A stretch of DNA of 64,000 bases. Origin: Cyanobium sp. NIES-981 (GTDB lineage Bacteria; Cyanobacteriota; Cyanobacteriia; PCC-6307; Cyanobiaceae). Under the pieces are notes generated by a model. That model saw only the letters and a list, made by a program, of their open reading frames with translations, was not told where the DNA came from and did no database searches. The stretch's first letter is position 1. Every line of letters starts with the position of its first letter. Shown piece after piece: positions 1 to 9,007 of the stretch. The stretch covers positions 21,685 through 85,684 of the forward strand of contig CAMDVN010000001.1 in NCBI GenBank assembly GCA_945877595.1, given 5' to 3'. The translations under genes and the position numbers were made by a program.

Positions 1-414
1 CAGGCGCTCTGGCGATACATAGAGCAGATCCAGCTCACCGCTGTTCAATTGGCGCCAGAGGGCTGCCGCGGGCCCGCTGGCCAGCCCCGAGTGGAGCGCA
101 GCGGCCCGCACCCCCAGCTGGAGTAGGGCCTCCACCTGGTCGTCCATCAGGGCGATCAAGGGCGAGACCACCACGGCCAATCCCGGTCGGCAAAGGGCCG
201 GTACCTGATAGCACAGTGATTTGCCACCGCCGGTGGGCATGAGCACCAGGCCAGAGCCGCCACCCATCACATGGCGCACGATCGCCTCCTGGGGGCCGCG
301 GAAGGCGTCGTAGCCAAACACCCGCCGCAGCACGGTTTGGGGATCGGTTGATTCGGGGGGCGTCGCCGCGGTGGGTGGGCACGATGCGCTCGACACGGCG
401 CTGGGCTTGGGCAC
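1..414 (-). CDS. recQ: ATP-dependent DNA helicase RecQ, N-terminal part (gene continues past the left window edge)
   Basis: Not in the ORF track because it runs off the edge. My reverse-strand translation reads ..TVLRRVFGYDAFRGPQEAIVRHVMGGGSGLVLMPTGGGKSLCYQVPALCRPGLAVVVSPLIALMDDQVEALLQLGVRAAALHSGL..LLYVSPERL. This covers RecQ motif 0, Walker A (GGGKS) and motif Ia. The start is not fixed; GTG at 414 is one candidate. Confidence 0.8.
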   Translation of the reverse strand, partial: MPKPSAVSSASCPPTAATPPESTDPQTVLRRVFGYDAFRGPQEAIVRHVMGGGSGLVLMPTGGGKSLCYQVPALCRPGLAVVVSPLIALMDDQVEALLQLGVRAAALHSGLASGPAAALWRQLNSGELDLLYVSPERL

Positions 415-451
415 ACAGACCACCCACAATGGCCCCAACCGGTGCGCGTTG

Positions 452-1363
452 ATGCCTACTTCCGCTCCCCGCACTGCTGCGGCCTGGGCCTTTTTGGCGC
501 CTGCCCTGGTGCTGTTGGCGCTCTCGGTGTTGATCCCGGCGCTGATGGCCCTGGTGATGGCCTTCAGCCAGGCGGGCCTGGATGTGCGGGAACCGCTGCG
601 TTTTGTGGGCCTGGCCAATTTTCGTCGGTTGTTGGCCGATCCCATGGCCCTGCGGGTGTCGGTGACGACTGCGCTGTATCTGGTGGGAATCGTGCCGCCG
701 ATCGTGTTGGGTTCGCTGGCGCTGGCGGTGCTGGTCAACCGTCAGCTGCCCGGCATTCATTGGTTCCGGGGTGCCTTTTACACGCCGGTTTTGGTCTCGA
801 TTGTGGTGGCTGCGATCGCCTTCCGCTGGCTGTATGCCGAGAACGGCTTGATCAACGGTTGGCTGGGGGCGCTCCTGGGCGACGGCTGGCTAGGCGGCTG
901 GCTGGGCAAGCACGTCACGCCGATCGCCTTTTTGAGCTCGCCCCAGCTGGCCCTGCCATCGGTGATGCTCGTGACCCTTTGGAAGGGTTTGGGGTACTAC
1001 ATGGTGATCTTTCTGGCCGGATTGCAGGGCATCTCACCTGATCTCTACGAGGCTGCTTCCCTCGATGGCAGCGAAGGCTGGCGCAAGCATCTCGATATCA
1101 CCCTGCCGCTGCTGCGCCCCTACGTGACCCTGGTGGCAGTGATTTCGGCGATTGCGGCCACCAAGGTGTTTGAGGAGGTGTATCTGATGACCCAGGGAGG
1201 ACCGGCTGATTCAACCAAAACAATCGTCTATTACGTCTATGAGCAGGCTTTTGCCGAGCTGGAGATCAGCTACGCCTGCACGGTTGGATTGGCCCTGTTT
1301 CTGGCGGTTCTGCTGCTGAGCCTGGTGCGGTTTGCGTTTGCTGGCGACCGCAGTTTCAGCTGA
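452..1363 (+). CDS. ABC transporter permease, carbohydrate-uptake (MalF/UgpA-like) type
   Basis: ORF 371..1363. EAA-loop motif EAASLDGSEGWRKHLDITLPLLRP and multiple hydrophobic spans. ATG at 452 gives the typical N-terminus (..AAAWAFLAPALVLL..) and avoids overlap with recQ. Confidence 0.85.
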   Translation: MPTSAPRTAAAWAFLAPALVLLALSVLIPALMALVMAFSQAGLDVREPLRFVGLANFRRLLADPMALRVSVTTALYLVGIVPPIVLGSLALAVLVNRQLPGIHWFRGAFYTPVLVSIVVAAIAFRWLYAENGLINGWLGALLGDGWLGGWLGKHVTPIAFLSSPQLALPSVMLVTLWKGLGYYMVIFLAGLQGISPDLYEAASLDGSEGWRKHLDITLPLLRPYVTLVAVISAIAATKVFEEVYLMTQGGPADSTKTIVYYVYEQAFAELEISYACTVGLALFLAVLLLSLVRFAFAGDRSFS

Positions 1364-1455
1364 CACCCCACAGGGCTCAGTGCCAAATTGGGAGATTGGC
1401 ATCCGTTTGACCCGTGGCAGACACCGGCTCTCCAGGCGCAGCGGATCCACGATCC

Positions 1456-2676
1456 ATGGCCATTGGCATCGTGGGAGGGGGGCAGCTGGCCCTGATGCTG
1501 GCCGAGGCGGCCGCGGAGCTCGGCCTTTCCCTGCACGTTCAAACTCCGGCGGCGTCGGATCCTGCCGTGGTCAAGGCCACGGCAGTGGTGCAGGCTCCCC
1601 TCGATGACATCGCCGCCACACGCCAGCTGGCGAGCAGCTGTAGGGCCATCAGTTTTGAAAACGAGTGGGTCGATGTGGCGGCCCTTTCGCTGCTGGAGTA
1701 CGAGGGGGTGCGTTTCGTGCCCGATCTCACCTGCTTGGCCGAGTTGGTGAGCAAACGTCGCCAGCGCCAATTGCTCAATCGCCTCAATCTGCCGGCTCCA
1801 CGCTGGTGTGGCCTCGAGGCCGTGCTCACCCAGGAGCAGCTGGGTTGCGCCGATTCAGACGACGGGCCCGATGCAGAGCCTGCGCCTGACCTGGTACCAA
1901 CTCCTCGACTGCCGGAAGGCTTTGAATTTCCGCTGATGGCCAAAGCCTCTAGCGGTGGCTACGACGGCAAGGGCACTCGGTTGCTGAAGGGTTCTGAGGA
2001 CCTCGACACCCTGCTCAAGCAGGTGGAGCCCGATACGTGGATCCTCGAAGAGCGGGTTGCCTTTGAGCTCGAGCTGGCCCAGCTGGCCTGCCGCGATCGC
2101 CACGGCAAGGTCCACTGCTATCCCCTGGTGCAAACCCATCAACACCAGCAGGTCTGTGACTGGGTGTTGGCGCCGGCTGGCGTGCCCCATGCCGTGCAGG
2201 CCTATGCCCGCAACATCGCCACCTCCCTGCTCACCGGTCTCCAATACGTGGGCATGGTGGCGATCGAGCTGTTTTACGGGCCTGCCGGACTGCAGGTCAA
2301 TGAGATCGCTCCCCGTACCCACAATGCGGGCCACTTCTCGATCGAGGCCTGCAGCACCAGTCAATTTGCCCAGCAACTTCGCATCGTGGCAGGCCTGCCG
2401 ATGGGCAGTACCGACTTGACGCTGCCGGGAGCTCTGATGGTGAATCTGCTTGGGTTTGATCCGGAGCCGGGCCCCTTGCTTGAGGCGCGCCAGGGCCTTG
2501 AGGCCCTGGGCGGGGCCACCCTGCATTGGTATGGCAAACAGGGCCCCTGTCTGGGACGCAAACTCGGCCACATCACCCTGGCGCTGCGGGCGACGTCCCC
2601 GCAAGACCGCATGGATGAGGCGATGCAGCGCCTGGCTGAAGTGCGGCGGCTTTGGCCCCTCCTGTCCCAGGGTTGA
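1456..2676 (+). CDS. purK: N5-carboxyaminoimidazole ribonucleotide synthase (ATP-grasp)
   Basis: ORF 1414..2676. MAIGIVGGGQLALMLAEAA.. N-terminus at ATG 1456. PLMAKASSGGYDGKGT and NEIAPRTHNAGH motifs are typical of PurK. Confidence 0.9.
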   Translation: MAIGIVGGGQLALMLAEAAAELGLSLHVQTPAASDPAVVKATAVVQAPLDDIAATRQLASSCRAISFENEWVDVAALSLLEYEGVRFVPDLTCLAELVSKRRQRQLLNRLNLPAPRWCGLEAVLTQEQLGCADSDDGPDAEPAPDLVPTPRLPEGFEFPLMAKASSGGYDGKGTRLLKGSEDLDTLLKQVEPDTWILEERVAFELELAQLACRDRHGKVHCYPLVQTHQHQQVCDWVLAPAGVPHAVQAYARNIATSLLTGLQYVGMVAIELFYGPAGLQVNEIAPRTHNAGHFSIEACSTSQFAQQLRIVAGLPMGSTDLTLPGALMVNLLGFDPEPGPLLEARQGLEALGGATLHWYGKQGPCLGRKLGHITLALRATSPQDRMDEAMQRLAEVRRLWPLLSQG

Positions 2677-2709
2677 ACCCAGCATCCCACCAAACTCCGC
2701 ACCCAATGC

Positions 2710-2940
2710 CTCGCTGAAGCGCTTGAACGGGCGTAGGATTGGCGAGGACTGCCTTGTTGGTGACTGCCTTTTACAGTTTTCTGATCTGACTCCCTTTTCG
2801 ACATGGGGGTCTGCAGCGGAAGCAACGTAAGCCGGCCTCGTAGCTGGAAACGGCGCCCCGTCCTTGACCCCCCTTCTGGTTCCACCAGGTCGAACACTGG
2901 GGCAAAACGGCACGGTGGTCCACCCCATTCACTTCAGCCA
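2710..2940 (+). ncRNA. ssrS: Candidate 6S RNA (ends approximate)
   Basis: 288-nt non-coding gap directly after purK on the same strand. Long-range imperfect pairing of 2713-2760 with 2895-2938 (for example GCTGAAG 2713-2719 with CTTCAGC 2932-2938, and TGAAcGGG with CCCaTTCA). AT-rich unpaired centre 2765-2803. GC-rich internal stem GGGGGTC 2805-2811 with GACCCCC 2866-2872. Small hairpin CTGG-ttcca-CCAG at 2876-2888. The architecture fits 6S RNA (closing stem, central bubble, terminal stem). From memory, purK-ssrS synteny is typical of marine picocyanobacteria. Confidence 0.5.
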
Positions 2941-2964
2941 CCCATCTCCATCACCGGTTCTTGC

Positions 2965-3225
2965 ATGCGTCGCTCATCGGTTTCCCGGGCTTCGGCCTTG
3001 AGCCTGGCCGTTCTCTCGGGCATCACGTTGTCTGCTTTGACGCTTGGCCGTGCCGAGGCCGTCAGTCTCGATGAAGCCTGTTCGCGTTGGGCCTCCAAGT
3101 TGAAGGAGGCCCAGGCCAGCGGCGATTCGGCCAAGGCTCAAAAGGTCTTCACCGAGGGCAACAAACGCATTCAATCTCGCTTCGGGACCACCGCCAGCTG
3201 TCCCAATGTGAAGGCACCGGCCTGA
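2965..3225 (+). CDS. Small secreted hypothetical protein (86 aa)
   Basis: In-frame ATG at 2965 within ORF 2803..3225 gives a signal-peptide-like N-terminus, MRRSSVSRASALSLAVLSGITLSALTLGRAEA. No family recognised. Confidence 0.5.
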   Translation: MRRSSVSRASALSLAVLSGITLSALTLGRAEAVSLDEACSRWASKLKEAQASGDSAKAQKVFTEGNKRIQSRFGTTASCPNVKAPA

Positions 3226-3239
3226 GCCCTGCCCCCATC

Positions 3240-3899
3240 TCAGATGTGGCTGATCAGTTCACTGGCCGGGTAACGCACTTTGGCGAGGCCCGCATTGGGG
3301 TCCGTGGCTGAGCGGTAGCCCAGGGCGCATACGACGGCACTTCGGTAAGGGGTGCTCTCAAGCTTGAGCACGCGGTCGTATTCGGCCGGTTCAAATCCTT
3401 CGATTGGGCAGGTGTCCACCCCCATGACCGCGGCCCCTGTCATCAGGGTGCCGAGGGCGATGTACACCTGCTTTTCAATCCAGGCTTCGAGGTTTGCTTG
3501 CTGCTTGCCCAGCACCAGATTGGTGTGCATCATCTCCCTGTAGGTGGAGAGGGCTGCCCTGGGAAGCCCCCTGGCCTCGCTGGTGGCCGCGATCAGTCGG
3601 TCGAGATCGGCCGTTTCGATCGTCCGTTTGCCTAGCAACACCACCAGATGGGATGCGTCGGTGATCTGGCTCTGGTTCCAGGAGTGGGGCCGCAGTTCCT
3701 TCCGGATGGCGTCGTTGCTGACCACCAGAAAGCGCCAGGGTTGGAGGCCGTAGCTGGAGGGACTGAGCACCAAACACTGCTCAAGGGCCGACCAGGTTTC
3801 AGCGGGTATCGCTCGGTTTGGGTCAAAAACTTTGGTGGCGTAGCGCCACTGCAGGGCCTCCAGAAGATGTTCAGCGCTGGTTGGAATTGGAACCGGCAT
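3240..3899 (-). CDS. NAD(P)H nitroreductase family protein
   Basis: ORF 219 aa. ..RYATKVFDP..QPWRFLVV.. and C-terminal ..GYRS..D.. pattern typical of the NfsB/nitroreductase fold. Confidence 0.8.
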   Translation of the reverse strand: MPVPIPTSAEHLLEALQWRYATKVFDPNRAIPAETWSALEQCLVLSPSSYGLQPWRFLVVSNDAIRKELRPHSWNQSQITDASHLVVLLGKRTIETADLDRLIAATSEARGLPRAALSTYREMMHTNLVLGKQQANLEAWIEKQVYIALGTLMTGAAVMGVDTCPIEGFEPAEYDRVLKLESTPYRSAVVCALGYRSATDPNAGLAKVRYPASELISHI

Positions 3900-3937
3900 G
3901 CCCTGCTCTGGCTGGGAGAGCCCCCATTCTGGAGTGC

Positions 3938-4213
3938 TTAGCCCAGAAGACCATCGAGAAGCTGCTGCACTTCCTGCTGGTTCAGGGCTGTGACCACAAA
4001 CACCTCCTGGGCGCTGCTGCCCCGCCGTGCCACAAGCTTGAATCCGCCACTGATCGGCGCTGACAGTCGTAGCTTCAGCTGTTCGCTACGCCCCCTGACG
4101 CGGCGAATCACCCCAGGCGTCACCGTGGCAATCCCGGCCTGCTCGGCCAGTTGGCGCAGGCGCGGGATCAGCCCCTCCACATAGGTGCTGTGCGTGATCA
4201 CGACCCTGCCCAT
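3938..4213 (-). CDS. Conserved hypothetical protein (possibly DUF2103-like)
   Basis: 91-aa [20 protein letters not shown]... It fits the gap between neighbours. The family assignment is from memory only. Confidence 0.5.
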   Translation of the reverse strand: MGRVVITHSTYVEGLIPRLRQLAEQAGIATVTPGVIRRVRGRSEQLKLRLSAPISGGFKLVARRGSSAQEVFVVTALNQQEVQQLLDGLLG

Positions 4214-4288
4214 GGTGCCTGGGTGCTTCCCCCTGCCGAAAGGGTGACAAGCCTAGGTAAGCTCATTCACACAACTGCGATTCAGGCC

Positions 4289-4390
4289 ATGTTGGTCACC
4301 GTTGGCTGGGCTTCCCTGGCAGCTCTCTTCAGCTTTTCCATCGCCATGGTGGTTTGGGGCCGTAACGGCGACGGCAGCATCAACTTCTGA
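4289..4390 (+). CDS. petN: Cytochrome b6-f complex subunit 8 (PetN)
   Basis: Internal ATG at 4289 of ORF 4151..4390 gives the 33-aa peptide [33 protein letters not shown]. This matches the picocyanobacterial PetN pattern (..[20 protein letters not shown]..). Confidence 0.85.
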   Translation: MLVTVGWASLAALFSFSIAMVVWGRNGDGSINF

Positions 4391-4434
4391 ACGGCTCTCC
4401 CTCTGCCAACAGCAGTTCATCCAAGCGTTGAGCC

Positions 4435-4593
4435 ATGCCTATCGCATTGTCTGAGGTTGGGCTCTCGCAGGTCCTGTCAATCGTGGCTGTCGTCTTGCTG
4501 GTGTTCGTGACTGGCAGTGTTGTGTACCTGTCGACCATTGAATGGCGCGATCGTCGACGCCGTAAGGCCCTTGAGCGCAGTCGCCGCACCTGA
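4435..4593 (+). CDS. Small single-pass membrane peptide (52 aa), hypothetical
   Basis: Not in the ORF track (under 60 aa). ATG 4435 to TGA 4591-4593. MPIALSEVGLSQVLSIVAVVLLVFVTGSVVYLSTIEWRDRRRRKALERSRRT has one hydrophobic helix plus a basic tail. It fills the petN-to-next-gene gap on the same strand. Confidence 0.4.
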   Translation: MPIALSEVGLSQVLSIVAVVLLVFVTGSVVYLSTIEWRDRRRRKALERSRRT

Positions 4594-4599
4594 GCACCC

Positions 4600-6051
4600 T
4601 TGCCACCGTCTTCCCGTGTGACGCCTCAGTTGGCGCCACCCCCAGAGACCCGGGGGTTGGTCGCTCGAACTCAACGCCTGTGGACCAGCCTGCAGCTGCC
4701 CAATACGGCCACTGCAACCATTGTGTTCCTTGCCTTGCCAATGGCAGCTCTGCTGCTTTGGCCCAGGCCCCAGGCCCGGGGGTTGGCCCGGTTGCTGGCC
4801 CAGGCCCAGCTGTTGCAAAGTTTTGCCGGGTCGCCTGAACGACCGGTTCCGCTCTTGTGGCAACAGCGTCTAGGGCCCGAAGCGGCTGAGCGGATCTGGC
4901 GCCGCCAGCAGGGCCCGTGGTGGCAGTTTTGGGGGAGTCATGGCGACGTGGGTGCCTACCTGGTGTTGCCTGCTAGGGCCCTTGCCAGCATCGAGCCAGC
5001 CAGGCTGCCGGTGTTGCCGCTTCCCCTCGACGATCTGGTCGTCTTGGCCCCCGATGCGCTGTCGAGGAAATTGGTGCTCGATCAGATTGTCACCCCATCC
5101 CGTGCCCAGCGTGGACTTGAACAGCGCTGTCTGCAGCGTCTGAGCCGCCCCCAAGCCGTCTATTGGAGTCCGGCGGGTCTGGGCTCCCTTGCAGGCTCCT
5201 TGACGCCGCTGTTGACGCCGCTCCAGGAAGGCTGCTTCTCGATGGCTCGGCAGGGTTCGGGCCTCGATCTGGTGGGCGAGGTGGCCGCCAGTGCGGGAGT
5301 GCTGGGCAGCAGCCCTGGCCAGCAGCCAGAGCTGCTCGATGCAACCTTGGCGCCGGGCGTTCTGCTCGAGCTGCGTGGCCCCTCGCTGAAACCCCTGCTG
5401 CAGGGGCTACTGGGCCGTCAGCTGATCCGCCAACCCCTCGCTGCTCGCTATGGGATCGCTGAGCCCCAGCTTCGCCTGCTGAGCCAGCTGCCGTTTGTGC
5501 TCCGTTTGCGCGCGTTGCCCCAGGGGCCCTTTCGGGCTTCGCTGGAGCTCGAGTTGGCGGTGGGCCGTCAACGCACGGCCTGGATTCAAGTGCTCAATGG
5601 GCTGAGGCAGCCGTTGTTGGAGCAGGGTTTGGTGGAGCCGCCACCGCGGTTGCAGGCAACCTCTTCCCGGCCCAGTAACGGGGCACTGCCCACAGCGCGT
5701 TGGAGTCGTGAAGACGGTGAAGTGGTGGGCGGTTGGACCTGGATCACCCCGGTGACCCAGAAGCGGGATGCCGAACCTCGTCTGGTGATTTTTCTGGGGC
5801 CGCAACCACAGCCCTCCGCTTTGGGTGCTGGCGATGCTGGTGGCTCGGAGGCTTCCAGCACGGCTCCACTGCGGTTGATCGCCCGACCCGGCGCCATGCA
5901 TCAGCTCGACCTTTGGCCCAGGGCTTTCCCCGAGCTGGTGGGCCAGTCAACTCTGTTGGAGATGGCTCTCAGTGGCGGCGCCCAAGAGCCCCTCAGCTTG
6001 CTGAGGGGACGCTTGTTACCGTCTCGGACGCAGGCTCGTCCGCCCCAGTAG
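4600..6051 (+). CDS. Conserved hypothetical protein, probably N-terminally membrane-anchored
   Basis: 483-aa ORF with a hydrophobic segment ATATIVFLALPMAALLLW near the N-terminus. No catalytic motif recognised. Start uncertain (TTG 4600, GTG 4618 or ATG 4741). Confidence 0.55.
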   Translation: MPPSSRVTPQLAPPPETRGLVARTQRLWTSLQLPNTATATIVFLALPMAALLLWPRPQARGLARLLAQAQLLQSFAGSPERPVPLLWQQRLGPEAAERIWRRQQGPWWQFWGSHGDVGAYLVLPARALASIEPARLPVLPLPLDDLVVLAPDALSRKLVLDQIVTPSRAQRGLEQRCLQRLSRPQAVYWSPAGLGSLAGSLTPLLTPLQEGCFSMARQGSGLDLVGEVAASAGVLGSSPGQQPELLDATLAPGVLLELRGPSLKPLLQGLLGRQLIRQPLAARYGIAEPQLRLLSQLPFVLRLRALPQGPFRASLELELAVGRQRTAWIQVLNGLRQPLLEQGLVEPPPRLQATSSRPSNGALPTARWSREDGEVVGGWTWITPVTQKRDAEPRLVIFLGPQPQPSALGAGDAGGSEASSTAPLRLIARPGAMHQLDLWPRAFPELVGQSTLLEMALSGGAQEPLSLLRGRLLPSRTQARPPQ

Positions 6052-6736
6052 GAGGAGCGTCTGCGCCAGGGCTGATGCCCTGTTGGCGTTCCCGTTTGCG
6101 GCGCTCGGCAGCGACGGTCTGCTCCATGAGTTCAACCGCCTGAGCCATCTTCTCGAGATTGCTCGCATAAAGGCTCAGATCCTTGTCGAGGCGCTCGCGC
6201 AGCAGCCCGATGGCTGCCCCCAGATCATGGGCGTAGCCTCGGAGCGCGGCAGGGTCCATTGAATCGGCACCCTGGGCCTGCTCCAGCAGGGCCATCAGAC
6301 CGACGGCCATCAACCTGGAGTAGTGGAAATCACTGCGTTGGATGCCAGCGAGAGCCTGGGCCACGGGTTCGGGAGCTCCCTGGCCCTGCTGGTCAACCCA
6401 GGTCTTGACGTCTTCGACGCTGTGGTGACCAATCGCGGCGATCGACTGATCCCGCTGCTGACGCAGCAGGTCGGCATCAAAGCCACTGGCAGCGCAGAGG
6501 GCTGCAAACAGGGGCTGTTTCTGTTGCTCTGGTCGGTACCCCTGGGCAAAACCATCGAAGACCTGCACCAGCCCAACGGCAAAGAGCGGATCGGCCTGGA
6601 AACCGGTCTGACGGCTGAGAAGGTGGAGCTCCACGAGGAGCTCATCGACCATGCGCCGGTAAAGCGGCGCAATCACGAAGGGGAAAGCACGGTGGAAGGC
6701 GCGCTTGCTGTCAGCAACGGTGAGAGCGGCGCTCAC
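5993..6736 (-). CDS. thf1: Thylakoid formation protein Thf1 (Psb29)
   Basis: MSAALTVADSKRAFHRAFPFVIAPLYRRMVDELLVELHLLS.. matches the conserved Thf1 N-terminus. Confidence 0.85.
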   Translation of the reverse strand: MSAALTVADSKRAFHRAFPFVIAPLYRRMVDELLVELHLLSRQTGFQADPLFAVGLVQVFDGFAQGYRPEQQKQPLFAALCAASGFDADLLRQQRDQSIAAIGHHSVEDVKTWVDQQGQGAPEPVAQALAGIQRSDFHYSRLMAVGLMALLEQAQGADSMDPAALRGYAHDLGAAIGLLRERLDKDLSLYASNLEKMAQAVELMEQTVAAERRKRERQQGISPGADAPPTGADEPASETVTSVPSAS

Positions 6737-6828
6737 GCTTGTCGGTCAAGGTGCAGCGACCCTAGCGCCGCCTACCTCAGGCCGTATCAGGCCTCAGTAG
6801 GATGAGGGGAGTTGCCGCTGCCCTGCCG

Positions 6829-7419
6829 ATGATCCCGATTGTGATTGAGGAGTCGGGCCGGGGAGAACGGGCGTTTGACATCTACTCTCGCCTGTTACGA
6901 GAACGCATCATTTTTTTGGGGGAGCCGGTCACCTCCGAATCCGCAAATCGGGTCGTAGCCCAACTCCTCTTTTTGGAGGCCGAGGATCCTGACAAGGACA
7001 TTTTCCTCTACATCAATTCCCCAGGCGGGTCTGTCTACGACGGCCTCGGTATTTTTGACACGATGCAACACATCAAACCCGATGTGCAAACTGTGTGCGT
7101 TGGACTGGCGGCCAGCATGGGAGCGTTTTTGCTCACCGCGGGAACCAAGGGCAAGCGCAGCAGCCTGGCCCATTCCCGGATCATGATTCACCAACCCCTG
7201 GGTGGTGCCCGGGGACAGGCCAGCGATATCCGCATTCAGGCCGATGAGATCCTGTATCTCAAGAAGAAACTCAACCAGGAGCTGGCTGATCGCACTGGCC
7301 AACCCCTCAGCCGTATGGAAGAAGACACTGACCGTGACTTTTTCATGTCGCCAGCGGAGGCCGTTGAATACGGCCTAATCGACAAGGTGATCGACAAACG
7401 GCCCATTCGTCCGCTCTGA
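6829..7419 (+). CDS. clpP: ATP-dependent Clp protease proteolytic subunit
   Basis: ORF 6802..7419. ..[38 protein letters not shown].. with the Ser and His catalytic residues present. Likely start is ATG 6829 (MIPIVIEE). Confidence 0.92.
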   Translation: MIPIVIEESGRGERAFDIYSRLLRERIIFLGEPVTSESANRVVAQLLFLEAEDPDKDIFLYINSPGGSVYDGLGIFDTMQHIKPDVQTVCVGLAASMGAFLLTAGTKGKRSSLAHSRIMIHQPLGGARGQASDIRIQADEILYLKKKLNQELADRTGQPLSRMEEDTDRDFFMSPAEAVEYGLIDKVIDKRPIRPL

Positions 7420-7470
7420 TTGCGTGGAAGCCCCGTGCGGCTGCCTGCATCTTCATGCTGCAATCATCTG

Positions 7471-7683
7471 ATGAGCCGCCGGAACACTTCAACGTCGAGG
7501 GGCGCAAACCGCGGCTCCACAGCAAGCCAAGGTGCTGCTGGCAAGGGATTACCACCCAGCCTGCGGCCTACCAAGTTGTGCCGCGTTTGTGGCCGGCCCT
7601 TTGCTTGGCGACGTCGTTGGGCTGCTGTCTGGGAGCAGGTTCTCTACTGCTCCCAGCGATGCCGTAACAGGAAGCCTGGGTGA
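7471..7683 (+). CDS. DUF2256-like small zinc-ribbon protein
   Basis: C-terminal motif [29 protein letters not shown]. Start at ATG 7471 is assumed. Confidence 0.6.
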   Translation: MSRRNTSTSRGANRGSTASQGAAGKGLPPSLRPTKLCRVCGRPFAWRRRWAAVWEQVLYCSQRCRNRKPG

Positions 7684-7714
7684 CATCGGTCTTGAACCCG
7701 TGGCAGCTGGAGGT

Positions 7715-9007
7715 TCAGGCCTGTTGATGTGTTGACGCCTGATGCCAGACCTGCTGGGGAAAGGGAATTTCGATGCCTTCGCGTTCAAACGTGTTCCAAA
7801 TGGCAATGCCGACTTCGCTGGCGATGCCAATGCCATCCATAGGATCGTCAATCCAGTAGCGGATTCCATAGATGATCGCTGAATTGTCAAAGCTCAACAA
7901 CAAGCTCTTTGGAGCTGGACTGGCCAACACACGCGGTATGGTGCTGGCCGTGGCTTCGAGCAAGTTGATGACCAACTGTGGTGAGTGTCGATAGGCGACC
8001 CCAATAACGACCTGGCCTCTGCGGTGTCGGTCGCGGCTGCCGCTGTAGGTAACCATCGACTGGGTGAAAAACGTTTGGTTTGGAACAACGAGTTCCACGT
8101 TGTCACGATCACGCCAGAGGGTGGTTGCGCGCATTCCAAGTTCGAGAACCTCACAGGGATCTTCACCATTGGCGATGGAGTCAATGAGCAACACGTCGCC
8201 AGGACGTACTGAGCCCTCAAGCAGCAGCCAAAGTCCGCTGATAAAATTCGCAAAGACCTCTTTTAGGCCAAACCCAAGTCCGACAGAAAGACCACCACCG
8301 ATTGCTGCGAGCAAGGCATAGTTGACACCCACATTGGCCAGAATGACGAGTAACCCAATGGTTGTGAGGACATAGCGTGCCAACAGGGCTGATGCCCGAT
8401 AGGCAGGTGCGCTTAATGTGAAGATACGACGCAACAGCGCTGCCAGAGCCCTGGCAGGCAAGACTGAGCCAACAATGATGAAATAGGTTCCCAGGGTCAA
8501 CAGAGACAGTGAGCCAAGGGATAGCCCTTCCCTGCCGAGAGAGATCACCTCGATGGTGAACAACTCATTCAGGTCGGCAAATTGGGCATAAAGTTGCACA
8601 GCTCCAATTACGACCAGCAGTGGGCGAATGAATTGGACGTCCTCGCGCTGTACAACTTTGGCTGGAAGATAAAGCTGAAGTATGATTAGTCCAATTCGCG
8701 TCAACATACATAGGGCGTAAAAGCGAACGACGAACCTGGCAAGATCTCCAACTCCTGTTGTCGTAATTAGCCAGGCCGTTGCCACAGCGAGACATAGCCA
8801 TAGCAGTAACACATTTGCCAATGGTTTTAGTCGTTTCAAAAATGCCCAGCTGCGCTCGCCGATCCAATGTCGTCGCTCCAGGCTCAGCTGCCGCTTAACG
8901 GCTAGCCAAAAACCAAAAGCTAGTCCTAGGGCTATAAACTGCCTGAGAACTTCGAAGCGAGTTAAATTTGCAATTAGCTCAAGAAAAAGCTGTGCAATCT
9001 CATTCAT
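7715..9007 (-). CDS. Mechanosensitive ion channel, MscS family (about 430 aa)
   Basis: ORF 7715..9037. ..FANFISGLWLLLEGSVRPGDVLLID.. followed by ..ATTLWRDRDNVELVVPNQTF.. is the MscS pore-helix and beta-domain signature. Several N-terminal hydrophobic spans. ATG at 9007 overlaps the upstream stop (ATGAATGA). Low GC. Confidence 0.85.
   Translation of the reverse strand: MNEIAQLFLELIANLTRFEVLRQFIALGLAFGFWLAVKRQLSLERRHWIGERSWAFLKRLKPLANVLLLWLCLAVATAWLITTTGVGDLARFVVRFYALCMLTRIGLIILQLYLPAKVVQREDVQFIRPLLVVIGAVQLYAQFADLNELFTIEVISLGREGLSLGSLSLLTLGTYFIIVGSVLPARALAALLRRIFTLSAPAYRASALLARYVLTTIGLLVILANVGVNYALLAAIGGGLSVGLGFGLKEVFANFISGLWLLLEGSVRPGDVLLIDSIANGEDPCEVLELGMRATTLWRDRDNVELVVPNQTFFTQSMVTYSGSRDRHRRGQVVIGVAYRHSPQLVINLLEATASTIPRVLASPAPKSLLLSFDNSAIIYGIRYWIDDPMDGIGIASEVGIAIWNTFEREGIEIPFPQQVWHQASTHQQA

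Noticed and set aside
35-760. 241-aa minus-strand ORF at the left edge.
   Set aside because: It is in the wrong frame. The real minus-strand gene here is recQ in another frame (1-414). The remainder is antisense to the ABC permease.
2800-2875. Possible glutamine (glnA / downstream-peptide) riboswitch upstream of the small ORF, because of CGGAAG and GGAAAC strings.
   Set aside because: The conserved ACGGAAGUAGG and GAAGGAACG elements are not present. The region fits better as the internal stem of a 6S RNA.
1855-2928. 357-aa minus-strand ORF.
   Set aside because: It is antisense to purK and runs through the candidate 6S RNA region. No recognisable domain.
3380-3420. GGTTCAAATCC string resembling a tRNA T-loop.
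   Set aside because: The flanking bases do not form T-arm or acceptor pairing, and it lies inside the nitroreductase CDS.
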